The translations under genes were made by a program, and so were the position numbers. Under the pieces are notes generated by a model, which was not told the origin of the DNA, searched no databases, and worked only from the letters and a program-made list of their open reading frames with translations. This document shows, piece after piece, positions 59,401 through 62,139 of a stretch of DNA of 64,000 nt. Origin of the DNA: Candidatus Parcubacteria bacterium. GTDB lineage: Bacteria > Patescibacteriota > Patescibacteriia > Patescibacteriales > UBA12075. How positions within the stretch are numbered: position 1 is the stretch's first letter; each line of letters starts with the position of its first letter. Where the stretch lies: the NCBI GenBank assembly GCA_963814275.1, contig CAWFCE010000002.1:426537-490536 (forward strand), in the 5' to 3' direction.

Positions 59401-59565
59401 AGCGGCGGCGCTAATGTGGATGTGGACATTAACAAGCCGGTGAGTGATAGCAGCGTATTCGATGAAGTCTTTTGGGGCATCGGCATCCCCTACGGTACCG
59501 ATCGAAGCACTTTTACCGGGACTAATTATTTTAACGTCGTATTGGACAGCGGCGACTGGAATTAA
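35464..59565 (+). CDS. giant 8,033-aa N-terminally anchored surface protein (DUF2341 x5, LamG x4-5, FN3 x7, PA14, Cys-loop modules x6, 'YRWRNDDG' domain x3, cadherin-like C-terminal domains)
   Basis: A single open frame of 24,102 nt. The N-terminal signal/anchor is FVRFGFLLGIFAAILGF..FVQAF, followed by an acidic/Pro-Ala-rich linker at about 35700-36300. DUF2341 hallmark W(L/S)YR(K/M)..(I/V)..... F(P/V/A)VL..T.D......YYGN occurs at 39361, 42910, 46477, 52126 and about 52711. LamG_3 hallmark VWHL..(D)ST..GN ... IDE(V/F)RVS...R...WI.TE(Y/F/H)NNQ follows each DUF2341. FN3 domains lie after each P-P-x-x-P-G-x-L. PA14 spans about 53014-53455. Confidence 0.9.
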   Translation: MRETAKKIYHNNFVRFGFLLGIFAAILGFSNSRFSFVQAFNNQVNILPGKFIVEGERSISGMTYGWQNVENAFVQDLNSSDGSAAFNGSNSAVLASARGAEIIAAASSTETDASSSGIIEGIDGESGTAAANADNHGAEGEHDGMDNSGEALDTATGSDSLLPADDAAQDKSNDGNPSIAPAAPTGAAGTNDAANSQGGGDNNDFRPEDNVGPDSNPAPSPESAEQANTEILDISEPAANSQAVESAPEQPITDGAVNDSAPEPEPLSLSARIYRLLSRVSDFFNPYNLRLARADQAGDSETLDNQETLKESIIFSDFSVPSDFESNKLGTVKLSLSLSAISELENDRLLIEYSLGDSFRPVGSIGLLDNLDNKSNGGYYAFTLPESLGWQDFTTLKVKLSYYLPGERPDESRDVRILLDGLWLEAEYEDMSQQDDLSTTSEETIEEKLSDEEGKVLGEETEVAKEDDTPFTLTLVSGESEFDNQETPNFRFRLKKKHGLLGRIWFGLISPLYDQYSDMAVEAMVRDRATGEFLDVQPEISYLGDGEFQINFENQPRQFRPGRHKLELVIHNENKEYNVVQDFTWGVLAYNSDKSVYAPGETAYLQLAVLDDAGNTLCDVDYLTVAVRDPLGHVDYLSTYSGDIIVNPACDGNSVIDTPDFYAYYRTGPAGEYNIEISALTANGLREAKDSFLVQESPAVSVERVGPTRIFPTAGYHIEFRIKPQEDFSGIFSEFVPLNFWINEQPGFTVSNEGDVKKLTWDVDWQAGREYQIEYYFDAPDISPEFYFLGPALMEVRTASGTIPYFREERKWQIASDAIDPLVTLGSKDRSDNAYNGNEETLVSITSGFEAGENYFVFGGIGSNRYHGGNDRHEVALVASSSDANTDAYHLGDSEAISEGPAADDGASIFLMDKVNWVDADWNLYLRGDALAGTCRSDEAFLMAMATSTMGIQGSDYYWAEDFTSNDLAGNPGRNNYVSTTINANGTDRYLIIAQMKIDVETVGEFAGIELYDGSRVMVQSIRDTEDTSDEIQIFTATSTVLAAGDNTITLRGWGETVNTGNHVNSRILAIRLNYYDDFSCGFLNNTNLVGAAPAVYANTSLALSEAGDVVAFYYGAFSASDRDSDVSLRARYDANIQYQITEDDIANGEGRINVWDVNDIEPTLWFDKISVADTNAHTYDLSYERGGTAGAQVDYAMVCVWSEAIEPFFNATAYAQYESDATTTIANGDYTGNEVYLEARAEYMDPSSTAIDYYFQLATTTGNYISSRAEPGAYCSSGTAYDSCGPKVWHATSAPAAADWYDAHWLYRMPLTVNASQVATTAADFVVLATTTDVNLAYTGNGGHMASSSGADLVVTDASGNPLNYEREYYSPTTGEVVLWIQTDISSTTDTELFIYYGNPAVTADMSAPAATWNSDFAGVWHLSEGGTGTRYDSTANSYDGTTSGYEGDEATTGLIDGADSFEGTNDYIDTGQTPTNIGINGAAPKSVSAWVYTRAFANDGIFEMGTHAASQDYCLRTTGAVNTWRGQFWGGDIDFTYNSANRWVHFVTDYDGTTVRIYANGTLAASGARALNTTDTIPFRIAYYGGATINAVIDEVRVSNVSRTLGWVKTEFNNQSSVDTFMDIGAEQPGVFIAQGIVNIPGIANDNDGYKWQVLACEDGGGCSYWDTFNDNAPNFRVDASAPTPPGDLTFFSKTDREITLDFGASSTDANFDRYRLYYATSSPVTEDDIEQMDGNLLYQDYHAAATTTLSGLQPDTTYYINIWAYDMSGNKASATPITVTTRTAGRANTVYFLAGEYNGNGLTGQNSNASNTLPAFNIYLAEDDVAVENAYIVFETQFEGYNSDSADFTGYSLAFDTCASPCAPAPWTGSGRRVERDTTALAYDDNDGGSRHARLVFDVTNELELKRYAGASTLSARLGYYLETDAARNSIAYASAMLVLTYSYSPSSESLTNTVFYPLESTIGQGSMPSGQADNCTLDSDCPLFTYNMYLPEFADSPGGKKLNQWFETHNTPDNNRADDIYIDLNIEANGTPGSTRIFEAGNTNNGEGSLPPFYFTNIPGYSENTTATLEYHASTSPNFSPIYYLIGGEAAETYTASRTAAVKTRTVRIPVGVVNAGLTTATTSASVSVYFPENGASSGIVNIKKAWFRINTNMPTRGPTYMNVETRTGANATTAPIRYEYSTTRVAGRPSVMFNHIIPESDYAALAAANGVTAVPVAITTRNDLGTVPGVTSAELVITYTYTDEQDGYLSSHALFAGQPHIPANALTATTTTARFVAPEYDDSHKTLLAAGLLSHFHFSGNDGNGVGGVTFKSGAGLAIASPYASTSLALMTDGVNGLGEFYQNVTTAMTPNHDISYETIYVNDGGNDPTSDGAKMGGQLIYTYGYYNPAAIKISDLEQYKSDASTTIANQAWTDENQVVLEAKGEANGELTYYFEARDAYSQFATSTDEPEDGCASGTAFGSCPSKIWSVTATNTSDWYDIGWLYRKQITIHASQVATTTSGFPVLATTTDAEFAYSSHGGHVASSTGADFVITGADGVTAVPYEREYYSSSTGEIVFWVKTDISSTTDTALYIYYGNADIDSDKSSPAAVWNSEFKGVWHLGEESGIRFDSTANNRDGSPVTFEGDEAYSTYIDGGLDLDGNDDYLHVGAVGITGGAVRTISGWVRTDDTAQNDWTDIFGFAGGTAANQFFDVEVDGGGGCPGNGYIVHVYGAEWCIMNNWDTAWHHIVVTYNGSQVKGWLDGANTLTQAYGALNAADNVQMGQRNDNANNFNGKIDEVRVADVVRTPGWIITEHNNQSNNGDFLAFDTEETGPALNPAQASITGLPESSAGYQWQAMACDDGGVCSAWKPFGVPPNFRVDLTPPTAPGNLTLNTRDSRSITVDYDFATVESNFAYYKIFYKEGGAGVTVNDSEHSDDNLLAQNYNGEGGTTITGLQPGVTYAINIWAYDLAGNKTPAAIELTASTDEAGRARTVQFMAGRYSGDGTTGLLTDTDQDLDGFEFALAEDNVYIEDAYLIYELHYDVYGIDTDPYTGYELAFDACQEPCDPNPFGGSGLTIEDTTVLSWNDDGGAYARLLFDISDEPEIAAYAGGGIPYEGKAGFRLNKAAPTNSIAYASARLVITYTSDRDSENITNTVIYPLESLTGTDQGSRQVYEDDNCTLDSDCPLFGYNMSLPEFVTSPAPERLQQWFQLYDSPYNNQETDVYVDVNIEGDDTLSDPHIFEAGYNGSGEGTMPTMFYSDVSGYGENTDQALEYRASSSPARNPDFYLIGGEVVETYVASSSAGVKTRTVSFPLGVVNNGQTDATTSAEANVYFPENGSTGGKVTVKKAWFRILTSNREVIDVSTAVSTKVGDNSTTTDRTYHYIANAWATKPTHDIIHIIPSADYSALSQADGINPVTVRLNTANSATTTPDGLSAELMITYTYSDETEGYLNSLSVFGGQSAEAGNSTDTTVSTADSVMPEGGNKTILAAALKANYLITGSNAINNDPIFKLGAGLGTTTPSTVNNFNARPDNRNALVTWYQDVSQSLGIVHNTPYLVRYTNDGDADSSHDGAKMGGELIYTYQYYQAEPVVVTANEQYKGDAATVIPNQSWTNENQVVLDSVAFDNGTSTAIDFYFEVLGNSGTFTPTSTVPASSCASGVSWGSCGAKVWTDTVNAETEWYDPAWSYRKKLTINASNVNVTTDDFAVLATTTDPNLAYTAYGGHMGSSTGADIVITDSDTLTPLDYEREYYDETTGEIMLWIRTDISTSTNKILYIYYGNPSVSQDMSTSTGVWDSDYAAVWHLDETGSGAAGEYKDSTNYGNDCRGGGGTAARVPARAGSVLGGYAQDFDGVQNANGDYLDCGNGSALTGTKGAITVSAWIRHDPTAADGHIGADGGGWGQNGFSFFWLNDHIRIEYNGDTDDDSNITDDGEWHYVVNTWDQATDIKYIYVDGVQENIGVYAGAQINAGAYNMNIGRMANQPNNYLFGGEIDEFRVSNISRDADWIQTEYNNQHDANSFISFAGVEDSYLSPLIEGQVNVTGIPDSASGYKWQVIACDDSDVCSSWDQFDTPPNFKVDATPPLAPDDLTLATTTPTSITVEFNGPAADVNFAYYKIFYKEGLSGVTIGDIEHTDSNLDYINYNHATSTTITGLQAYTQYVINIWAYDWAGNYTGAQEIQVTTAQANHARANSVTFLAGTYSGNGLVGKQSNTNQSFSAFNLRLGETAVDIRNAYIMLEAQIEAYLPATTTNGFQLAFDACAEPCTANAWTGSSSVIYTDSKVLAYPDDSSKQVRVMADVTDEAQLAAYAGDSGLLEAQVGYRFNNNQAINSIASARAWLVLTYAYDSDNSSDFTNTVYYPLDSRAGNDSGSSQNRINDDCVLNSTCPLFGFNATIPEVSADQGHWFEVFMANVGNGANDNTINANIQGTDVNSVSFIHEAALTNDQNNFPRIVIPDKADNMGFAENAAKILEIRGIGAGNGRYDMMGGEVVETYIAPMNAARRTRTVSYPIGVLSKGQSTATSTGYADIYFPENGRGSGVVNIERAWFRVKSNYAQNADAYLELSDRISGAATSSLYRYYVNSGNRTIKTDFTVIHIIATSTYGNLEAANASSSVRIWLTTHNTSDLMGGTAAELMITYTYSDESSGYQASLNLFGGQSQQDGNAHLETQKLPPAVFPELRGDKTLLAAALQPSFLVSDDDGNLGAFYIELDANIDKTSPVCAATYDVAVDGRDNWAEFYRNVTAAMDSTDNETYYACYSDEQTSDDTSGAKMNAQWKYTYMWQAPPIELTENDWRWYANANSAQPGAAKAATNTAVTNVNIGDALRLRMNVGVSKDTLAASTLTFKLQFAPGSDCLSASPWTDVGGIGSNALWRGYNNTAPADGATLSGSGALLYTTDAAQSYEEANPSVSNPRSIGVGEYGEWDWVVYNYNASSSPYCFRMVKGNGDEFEDYLVDSYAKLNTAPANTAPDSPASLLQYRTDSGAVVANLGWANYNGMQFRSTAIDPNINETITIYYELLPTSGTFKTATSVPAGACASGTAYGSCGSKVWSAGSSQGDYRSTGFTGMVTVPGIATSSTNYKWQVMACDKDGACSGWTNPGTTPNFRLDMTPPTPPGSLTLDTASATSMLIKFGATSTEANFSRYRIYYKVGSGNVTAADTQHSDNNLLNILYNGATTTTVVNLSAGTDYTLNIWAYDLAGNRATATVELIASTTSSFTPPVGLINSTVQKTDGSGVVDVVFQADDPDNDDTLRARLMYQEGINCDFSAGIYSSATLSQIDADTTATYGDPKVDNGQTYQVGTASGWIITSPGANFVFTDWDTKADIPDANGTYCVGLRVNDGMYDQSATQTKLLIIDNVAPSVPAALSTSSIGYNSIVLELNTPYSSDPRFDKYRIYYKKGSGGVSESDTEHVDAKLNSVNYGGATSTLVAGLQADTYYTFNIWAYDTRGNRASSTEITVKTNASPANIAALQQYKFDGITAVANQSWTDEDRIRLRGAVHDQDAGDNITFYYELLGNGSTFTGAATKPATSCPSGASWAACAPKIWDISTTSSELPQDWYHEDWLYRKPLTIAAAEVPQDQNDFPVLVHITDTDLAAKALTSGYDLIFTDAGGTSTLPYEREYWDESTGELVAWVKTDISGTVDTEIYLYYGNGKAETDPATTIGVWDSDYRGVWHLDEDVVDEGSQAGAHGDSTAYGNNGDQAGNNETAGLIGQGQEFDGNDYVDIADNASLDLSSELTLSAWIYDSGGGGTWSYKRSISLSTTTAADDYQIKVDLGAGYNFDYDKADEDGDDLRFYDTNENELDYWIETWNPAGTSTVWVKVAAAGTDELVMYYGNSAAGAMSDFDGMFTQGGLRYFYYDGIAFDSFQGTDIDSAINFNFPDPQVVQINGNAWEDQVDTCSIRWEGFVERDHPGSHTMWGGGDDGYRLYMPTGASTELLGEWYNHGWQQDSGVYDFTNQQYSSLTFEFYENGGTARTALQWDPGTGVVSIPAANLYYRNYQQYEPLPAIGSESAAGVTKLGAYGIVIDSGSASGNINSTIANAGLGAGWNDVALTYDRNAGTNQLKLYINGQQADTEILNEVIISNGQDLVMGDLLEGILDEVRLSAVARSANWILTEYNNQKSGSTFLSVGQEDQVVSFYETALVIDVDDSASGYKWQVMACDDDGDCSGWDKFNLATPNFKVDTTDPTSPGDLTGYDKSSNSITLEYGAATVENNFVEYRIFYATSSPPTESDTEHDDSDLDHKDYNSQSTTQVTGLRPETTYYFRIWAYDIVGRSASSSVTAITTDAAVSSPGVAFYTKGTRNLYYRRWNGAVWEDEETGPVFGSGPGDNIRHVRAVRSDNGGKVGLLIKTSDGSNQEFWGAVYRFVADDFVGTSSLGREIDNIDEEKMNGCIASLSSGDFMAVRVNEDGAGTSTAGLQVYSWSAAADWTYEGNDVIPDSGSQSQLNGCEFVRRPGTDNYILLTSGQARDFGTAYYYGGAEYANLWDAWEEHSNQEQDRDNTFGSAYFDPSDNTRGAIQYFGGRNVNNFVYAKYFTADGTGLNFGGAVASPQTGSDNWSGYPINGEIASDPSGTGIAYFAGRDTNDELNIYKVDASNPSISWSVTTGGDDISGGQLYNESNYSQKPFDAGFYKGGKGLVVWNDAASALPAYHEIDASANSVSAVSTVPGASANIWTRVRIYDDPGEDEFAVIYQNDDVDYAAVFFEGGFDRFYNNVDNPGSGQLWTELAADTVAVVDADDENITFAYTSYNSPPETPFGLAQKKLDDVTAIANRGWTNESAVIFQASVNDIDTEEVIKVYLELLANNDTFTASTSEPQNPCPTSIAFGDCLSKFWRIATSSPGDYSVTPYTVSASIASTVDSTIGYKWRIIACDDDGECSGWKQFSATVPNFYVDTLPPTAPGPLSVYSLTSNSVTLKFGATSTETNFSRYRIFYKQAAAGATINDTEHSDNDLNNILYNGTANTVVSGLSSSTQYVFNIWAYDLAGNRATATPETATTTRSPAYMDQISYLIENDDGPNVNNNSAATSTYDTPLTGVEIGERMVVRLQLENTGEDAATGKIYRLQYQNVTDAGAWTDVGAATQIAYSLGLSGANGSALLSHKAADNANTWQNGTWHEGVNQTGSYTLSYGRYTEFAFMVKTSAALAGKTYRFRLYDISSGKVLDEYAEYPTISIVAGTAMRYSKQSGSLPSATADLTYFLDPAGYGKVAADDAVKDGITSANNVPVLLYATKHTNNTDAFTVTWNGQSTVAPAGAAVYLQVYRYGSPSQWVTVASNNSAAANTDFTLTGNRNSALSSYYGASNWTYWRVYQASGNETLSADYFHITFSAPVPEVKQLHYRWRNDDGNQSAATWRELKDTGDPVAPTDALDKGDNIRIRFYVANTGGGSATNYGYEIQYATTSTGICTSGVSPWRYPTVDYSGQWHRATSTYFNDADVTTAQMTNTEGYTFVAGRMVEYSSATSAAITLSENRYTEIEYALMPTNNAELASTYCFRLLVAGAPLDSYSAYPIITLAGNTNNAPSFAVAPSDNGSASTSPTDFGQNVVFSATGNDPDGDDYYLAVCKVNSITPGNGGPPICGGIGQWCVSDRASSSDAVSCDYTAAAATENNAWYAFVCDHHTGFSIAKCSAVSQGSGSIENNSPFAINHAPSFTAISTVNNNLDPGSTFEIKATVDDTDSYGGDDTLTMYVCSTNSADWTGCTDATLCSAASSSNPSCDIDTDIPAASGAVSYYAFIFDNHNLGAAVNPRGSSYTVKNVAPVLGTLLLNDGADIALLMRGSDTQVSAKNANITDDNGCGDLVSATARIYMSNVSGAYNCTADNNDCYHVNVAGCAISGCEPDGVTANITCTTSMKYYATPTDNSASNPNEPYDWLSYMQVYDGVNYVATTSYPVELNTTLALSVTEPEIDFGDGFSVGDNSGDKNATTTVVNNGNSPINTNLSGTNMVGNPSGTIDVDNIKWSLLNFEYTSGGVSLTSGGANVDVDINKPVSDSSVFDEVFWGIGIPYGTDRSTFTGTNYFNVVLDSGDWN
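39112..49800 (+). repeat. three tandem ~3.56-kb coding super-modules inside the giant ORF (starts 39112, 42673, 46231)
   Basis: The landmark motif Q-Y-(E/K)-x-D recurs 3561 and 3558 nt apart. The DWYD..WxYR motif recurs 3549 and 3567 nt apart. Truncated or variant modules start at 50380, 51871 and 55751. Confidence 0.85.
52711..53515 (+). other. DUF2341 + PA14 insertion nested inside a LamG domain of the giant ORF
   Basis: The LamG N-part ends in ..SSELTLSAWIYDSGGGG. The insertion follows: WSYKRSISL...VMYYGN (DUF2341) and GLRYFYYDG...IRWEGFV...DDGYRLYM (PA14). The LamG C-part then resumes at GIVIDSG..WNDVALTYD..LKLYINGQ..LDEVRLS. Confidence 0.6.
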
Positions 59566-59567
59566 TT

Positions 59568-60275
59568 ATGATTCGATTAAATAAGAAAATAAGGGTATAT
59601 TTACTCGCCACTGTCTTGTTTCTCGCATTAACCGCTGCCTTTGGCTTATTATACCGGCAATATAACAGTCCGGTTTCCCGAAAATCGCCGGGTCCAAGTA
59701 GTTTAACGGCCCGCAGCCGAACCGAGATCGAGAACGATATCGCCAAAATATATAAGTCCCTGGCCGTATCGTCAACGGACAACCGGGCTGGCACCGTAGC
59801 GGCTATATCACGGTTATGCGGCCTATGGCGCGAGTATGAATCTGTCGCGAGCAGGGAAAAACAGGATGAAGTCAATGCGTTGGCAAAAAACGCCTGCAAA
59901 GCCAATGAACTGGCCAAAGAGAATGATCTGGTAAAAGCCTTGGCCATGGCTGTGGCCACCGATCAGGAAAGCGTCGAAAAAAGCGTCAATCCGCAGCTGG
60001 CCATTGATCCCGTCTTAGTCCGTTTTTACGAGCAAAGCCGTGATTTTCTGGCAGCCGCGGGCAAGGAAAACATCAGCCGAAATTTAAATGATTTGAAATA
60101 TACTTTTACTGAATTGAAATCGCGTCCTACCGAGGGATCCAGCGGGGAATTGCTTGCCGAATTGGAACGGACAATCGGCGACCTGGACCGGCTCTTACCG
60201 GGGCCGGATTATGAGCAGGCGAGAAGCCGCCTATCGGAGTTGACGGAAGAGATCTATTTCGGGAAGCAACCGTGA
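59568..60275 (+). CDS. membrane-anchored helical hypothetical protein, translationally coupled to the giant ORF
   Basis: 235 aa. The ATG is 2 nt after the giant ORF's TAA. The N-terminal TM helix is VYLLATVLFLALTAAFGLL, and the rest is helix- and charge-rich. No family was recognised. Confidence 0.55.
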   Translation: MIRLNKKIRVYLLATVLFLALTAAFGLLYRQYNSPVSRKSPGPSSLTARSRTEIENDIAKIYKSLAVSSTDNRAGTVAAISRLCGLWREYESVASREKQDEVNALAKNACKANELAKENDLVKALAMAVATDQESVEKSVNPQLAIDPVLVRFYEQSRDFLAAAGKENISRNLNDLKYTFTELKSRPTEGSSGELLAELERTIGDLDRLLPGPDYEQARSRLSELTEEIYFGKQP

Positions 60276-60444
60276 CATAAAGTATTTTGGCTGCGGCGTA
60301 CGTATTTAGGCGTGTAGTTCCGGCAATTTTTGGGAAGGAACGCGTCTGTTAGCCGATAACGGTAAAACATAATTCAAACCATAAAATACCAGATATAGAA
60401 TTTCATATATTTTGCGGCATAAATTAGTGCGAAAATATGGTTTT

Positions 60445-60473
60445 TTGCTCGATATTGCAAATTATGTTATAAT
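60445..60473 (+). promoter_or_regulatory. sigma70-like promoter for the FN3-repeat gene
   Basis: TTGCTC (60445-60450), 17-nt spacer, TATAAT (60468-60473). It lies 21 nt upstream of ATG 60495. Confidence 0.45.
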
Positions 60474-60494
60474 TAATTATCTTAGTTATTCCCC

Positions 60495-62054
60495 ATGCCC
60501 GTAGAATTTCGTCCCAAACTACTCAAAATCGTATATCTATTGATAGCCATTCTGGCCATTTGGTCAGTGGGTCTTTTATTTTGGCAGAATTATCCATTAT
60601 TGCCGGCTGTCGCCCAAGACGAAGAAGCGGACAAAACGCCTCCTCTGATCTATAATGTCCAGGTATCCGGCATTAACGCCACCTCATCCATCATCACCTG
60701 GGAAACCGATGAGATGTCCGATTCCCTGATCAATTTCGGCCTGGACAAGAGTTACGGCATTGTTCGCGATCCGCGGGCGGATAAGAAGGAACACACGATT
60801 ATCCTCGAGAATCTCACGGCCGGGACCAATTATTTTTTCCGCATTACCTCAACCGACGCGGACGGCAACCAGGGCATATCGAGCGATTTCACTTTCAGCA
60901 CGGAAAAGATCGAGCAACCCCCGGAGTATACCGGCTATCAGGAAGAGATCACCCAGGAGGGTACCGCCGGCTTGAACGAAGTCGGCGTGGAAGAAGTCCT
61001 GCAGGCGATCAAAAGTATTTCCAGCGAAGAAACCCTGGAAGAAATTCAGAAAGAACTTAAGACCAAAGCCGAGGAAATAGTATCCCCGCCGACGATTATC
61101 CTGGACTATGCCGACGTGGAAGTCGGTACCGATTATGCCACCATCACCTGGAAGACGGATAAGGAGGCCAATTCGATCGTCGCTCTGGCCGTGGAAGGGG
61201 ATTATGATCCGGGCAGCGAGGACCCTTATGTCTGGCGGGAGGGGCAACCGGACGAGATGGTGTTGGAGCACACGGTGCAGATCACCGGTTTGCAGCCGGC
61301 CACCGTTTATCATTTCCAGGTTTCCTCGAAATCGGTTTTGGATTTGACCGGTTTTTCCAGCGACAAGACCTTCAAAACCAAATCCATCCTGCCGGAAATA
61401 TACAATATCAGCCTGACCAAGATCGAGGAAGATTCAGCCACCATCCGCTATACCACCAACGTGCCCTGTTCATCGATCATCGAATATACGAATTTGAATT
61501 CCGGGGAAACCAAACTGGAGGGCAATTCGATCTACATCACTATGAACCAGACAAAGCTGAGCAATTTGATATTCGATACTTATTATTCGTTCATCATCAA
61601 AGTCGAAAGCGAAGACGGCGAAAAGGCCCAAAGCGACCCGATCACTTTCATCACTATCAAAGACGAAGCGCCCCCGGTGATCGCGAAAGTCAACACCGAA
61701 TCGACGCTATATCCCGGTTCGGAAAACAAGATCCAGACTATCGCCAGCTGGGAGACCGACGAACCGGCCCAATGCCAGTTATTTTACCATCAGGGATTGA
61801 TTTCGATCGATGAGCCGGACAATCTCCAGAAAGAAGAGGACTATGCCACCAGGCATGTCCAGGTAGTGACCAACTTCCTGCCCTCGACGGTTTACAAATT
61901 CTGGATTATTTGCAACGACGAAGCGGATAATGCCGGAAAATCAGCGGATTATACGATGCTGACCCCGACCCAGGAAGAGAGTATAATAGATATCATCATC
62001 AAAAATTTCGAATCCAGTTTCGGCTGGCTAAAGAAAGTAAAAGTAGGCGGCTAA
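60495..62054 (+). CDS. membrane-anchored protein with four FN3-like (purple-acid-phosphatase-N-type) repeats
   Basis: 519 aa with N-terminal TM helix IVYLLIAILAIWSVGLLFW. The pattern repeats four times: PP.I..V.V......A.I.W.TDE.....I.......Y......H...(L/I).L...T.Y.F.(I/V).S.D..GN. Confidence 0.75.
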   Translation: MPVEFRPKLLKIVYLLIAILAIWSVGLLFWQNYPLLPAVAQDEEADKTPPLIYNVQVSGINATSSIITWETDEMSDSLINFGLDKSYGIVRDPRADKKEHTIILENLTAGTNYFFRITSTDADGNQGISSDFTFSTEKIEQPPEYTGYQEEITQEGTAGLNEVGVEEVLQAIKSISSEETLEEIQKELKTKAEEIVSPPTIILDYADVEVGTDYATITWKTDKEANSIVALAVEGDYDPGSEDPYVWREGQPDEMVLEHTVQITGLQPATVYHFQVSSKSVLDLTGFSSDKTFKTKSILPEIYNISLTKIEEDSATIRYTTNVPCSSIIEYTNLNSGETKLEGNSIYITMNQTKLSNLIFDTYYSFIIKVESEDGEKAQSDPITFITIKDEAPPVIAKVNTESTLYPGSENKIQTIASWETDEPAQCQLFYHQGLISIDEPDNLQKEEDYATRHVQVVTNFLPSTVYKFWIICNDEADNAGKSADYTMLTPTQEESIIDIIIKNFESSFGWLKKVKVGG

Positions 62055-62060
62055 TAATTC

Positions 62061-62088
62061 AGATAACAGATAACAGATAACAGATAAC
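62061..62088. repeat. tandem heptamer (AGATAAC)x4
   Basis: Four exact tandem copies, 6 nt after the FN3-gene stop and 52 nt upstream of the ABC ATPase start. Confidence 0.9.
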
Positions 62089-62102
62089 AGGAATGGAAAA
62101 GC

Positions 62103-62130
62103 CTGCCGTCTGTTTACTGCCGTCTGTTTA
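62103..62130. repeat. tandem 14-mer (CTGCCGTCTGTTTA)x2
   Basis: Two exact tandem copies. TCTGTT is the reverse complement of the AACAGA core of the upstream heptamer array. Confidence 0.9.
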
Positions 62131-62139
62131 TACGAAATC

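Noticed and set aside
56485-59565. Diversity-generating retroelement targeting the C-terminus of the giant protein or the pilin-headed protein
   Set aside because: I saw no reverse-transcriptase ORF (no YxDD-type motif) in the window and no near-identical template/variable nucleotide repeat pair. A DGR elsewhere in the genome cannot be excluded.
62061-62130. Possible CRISPR or minisatellite
   Set aside because: The repeat units are only 7 and 14 nt, directly tandem and without spacers, and no cas genes are present. I report them as short tandem repeats instead.
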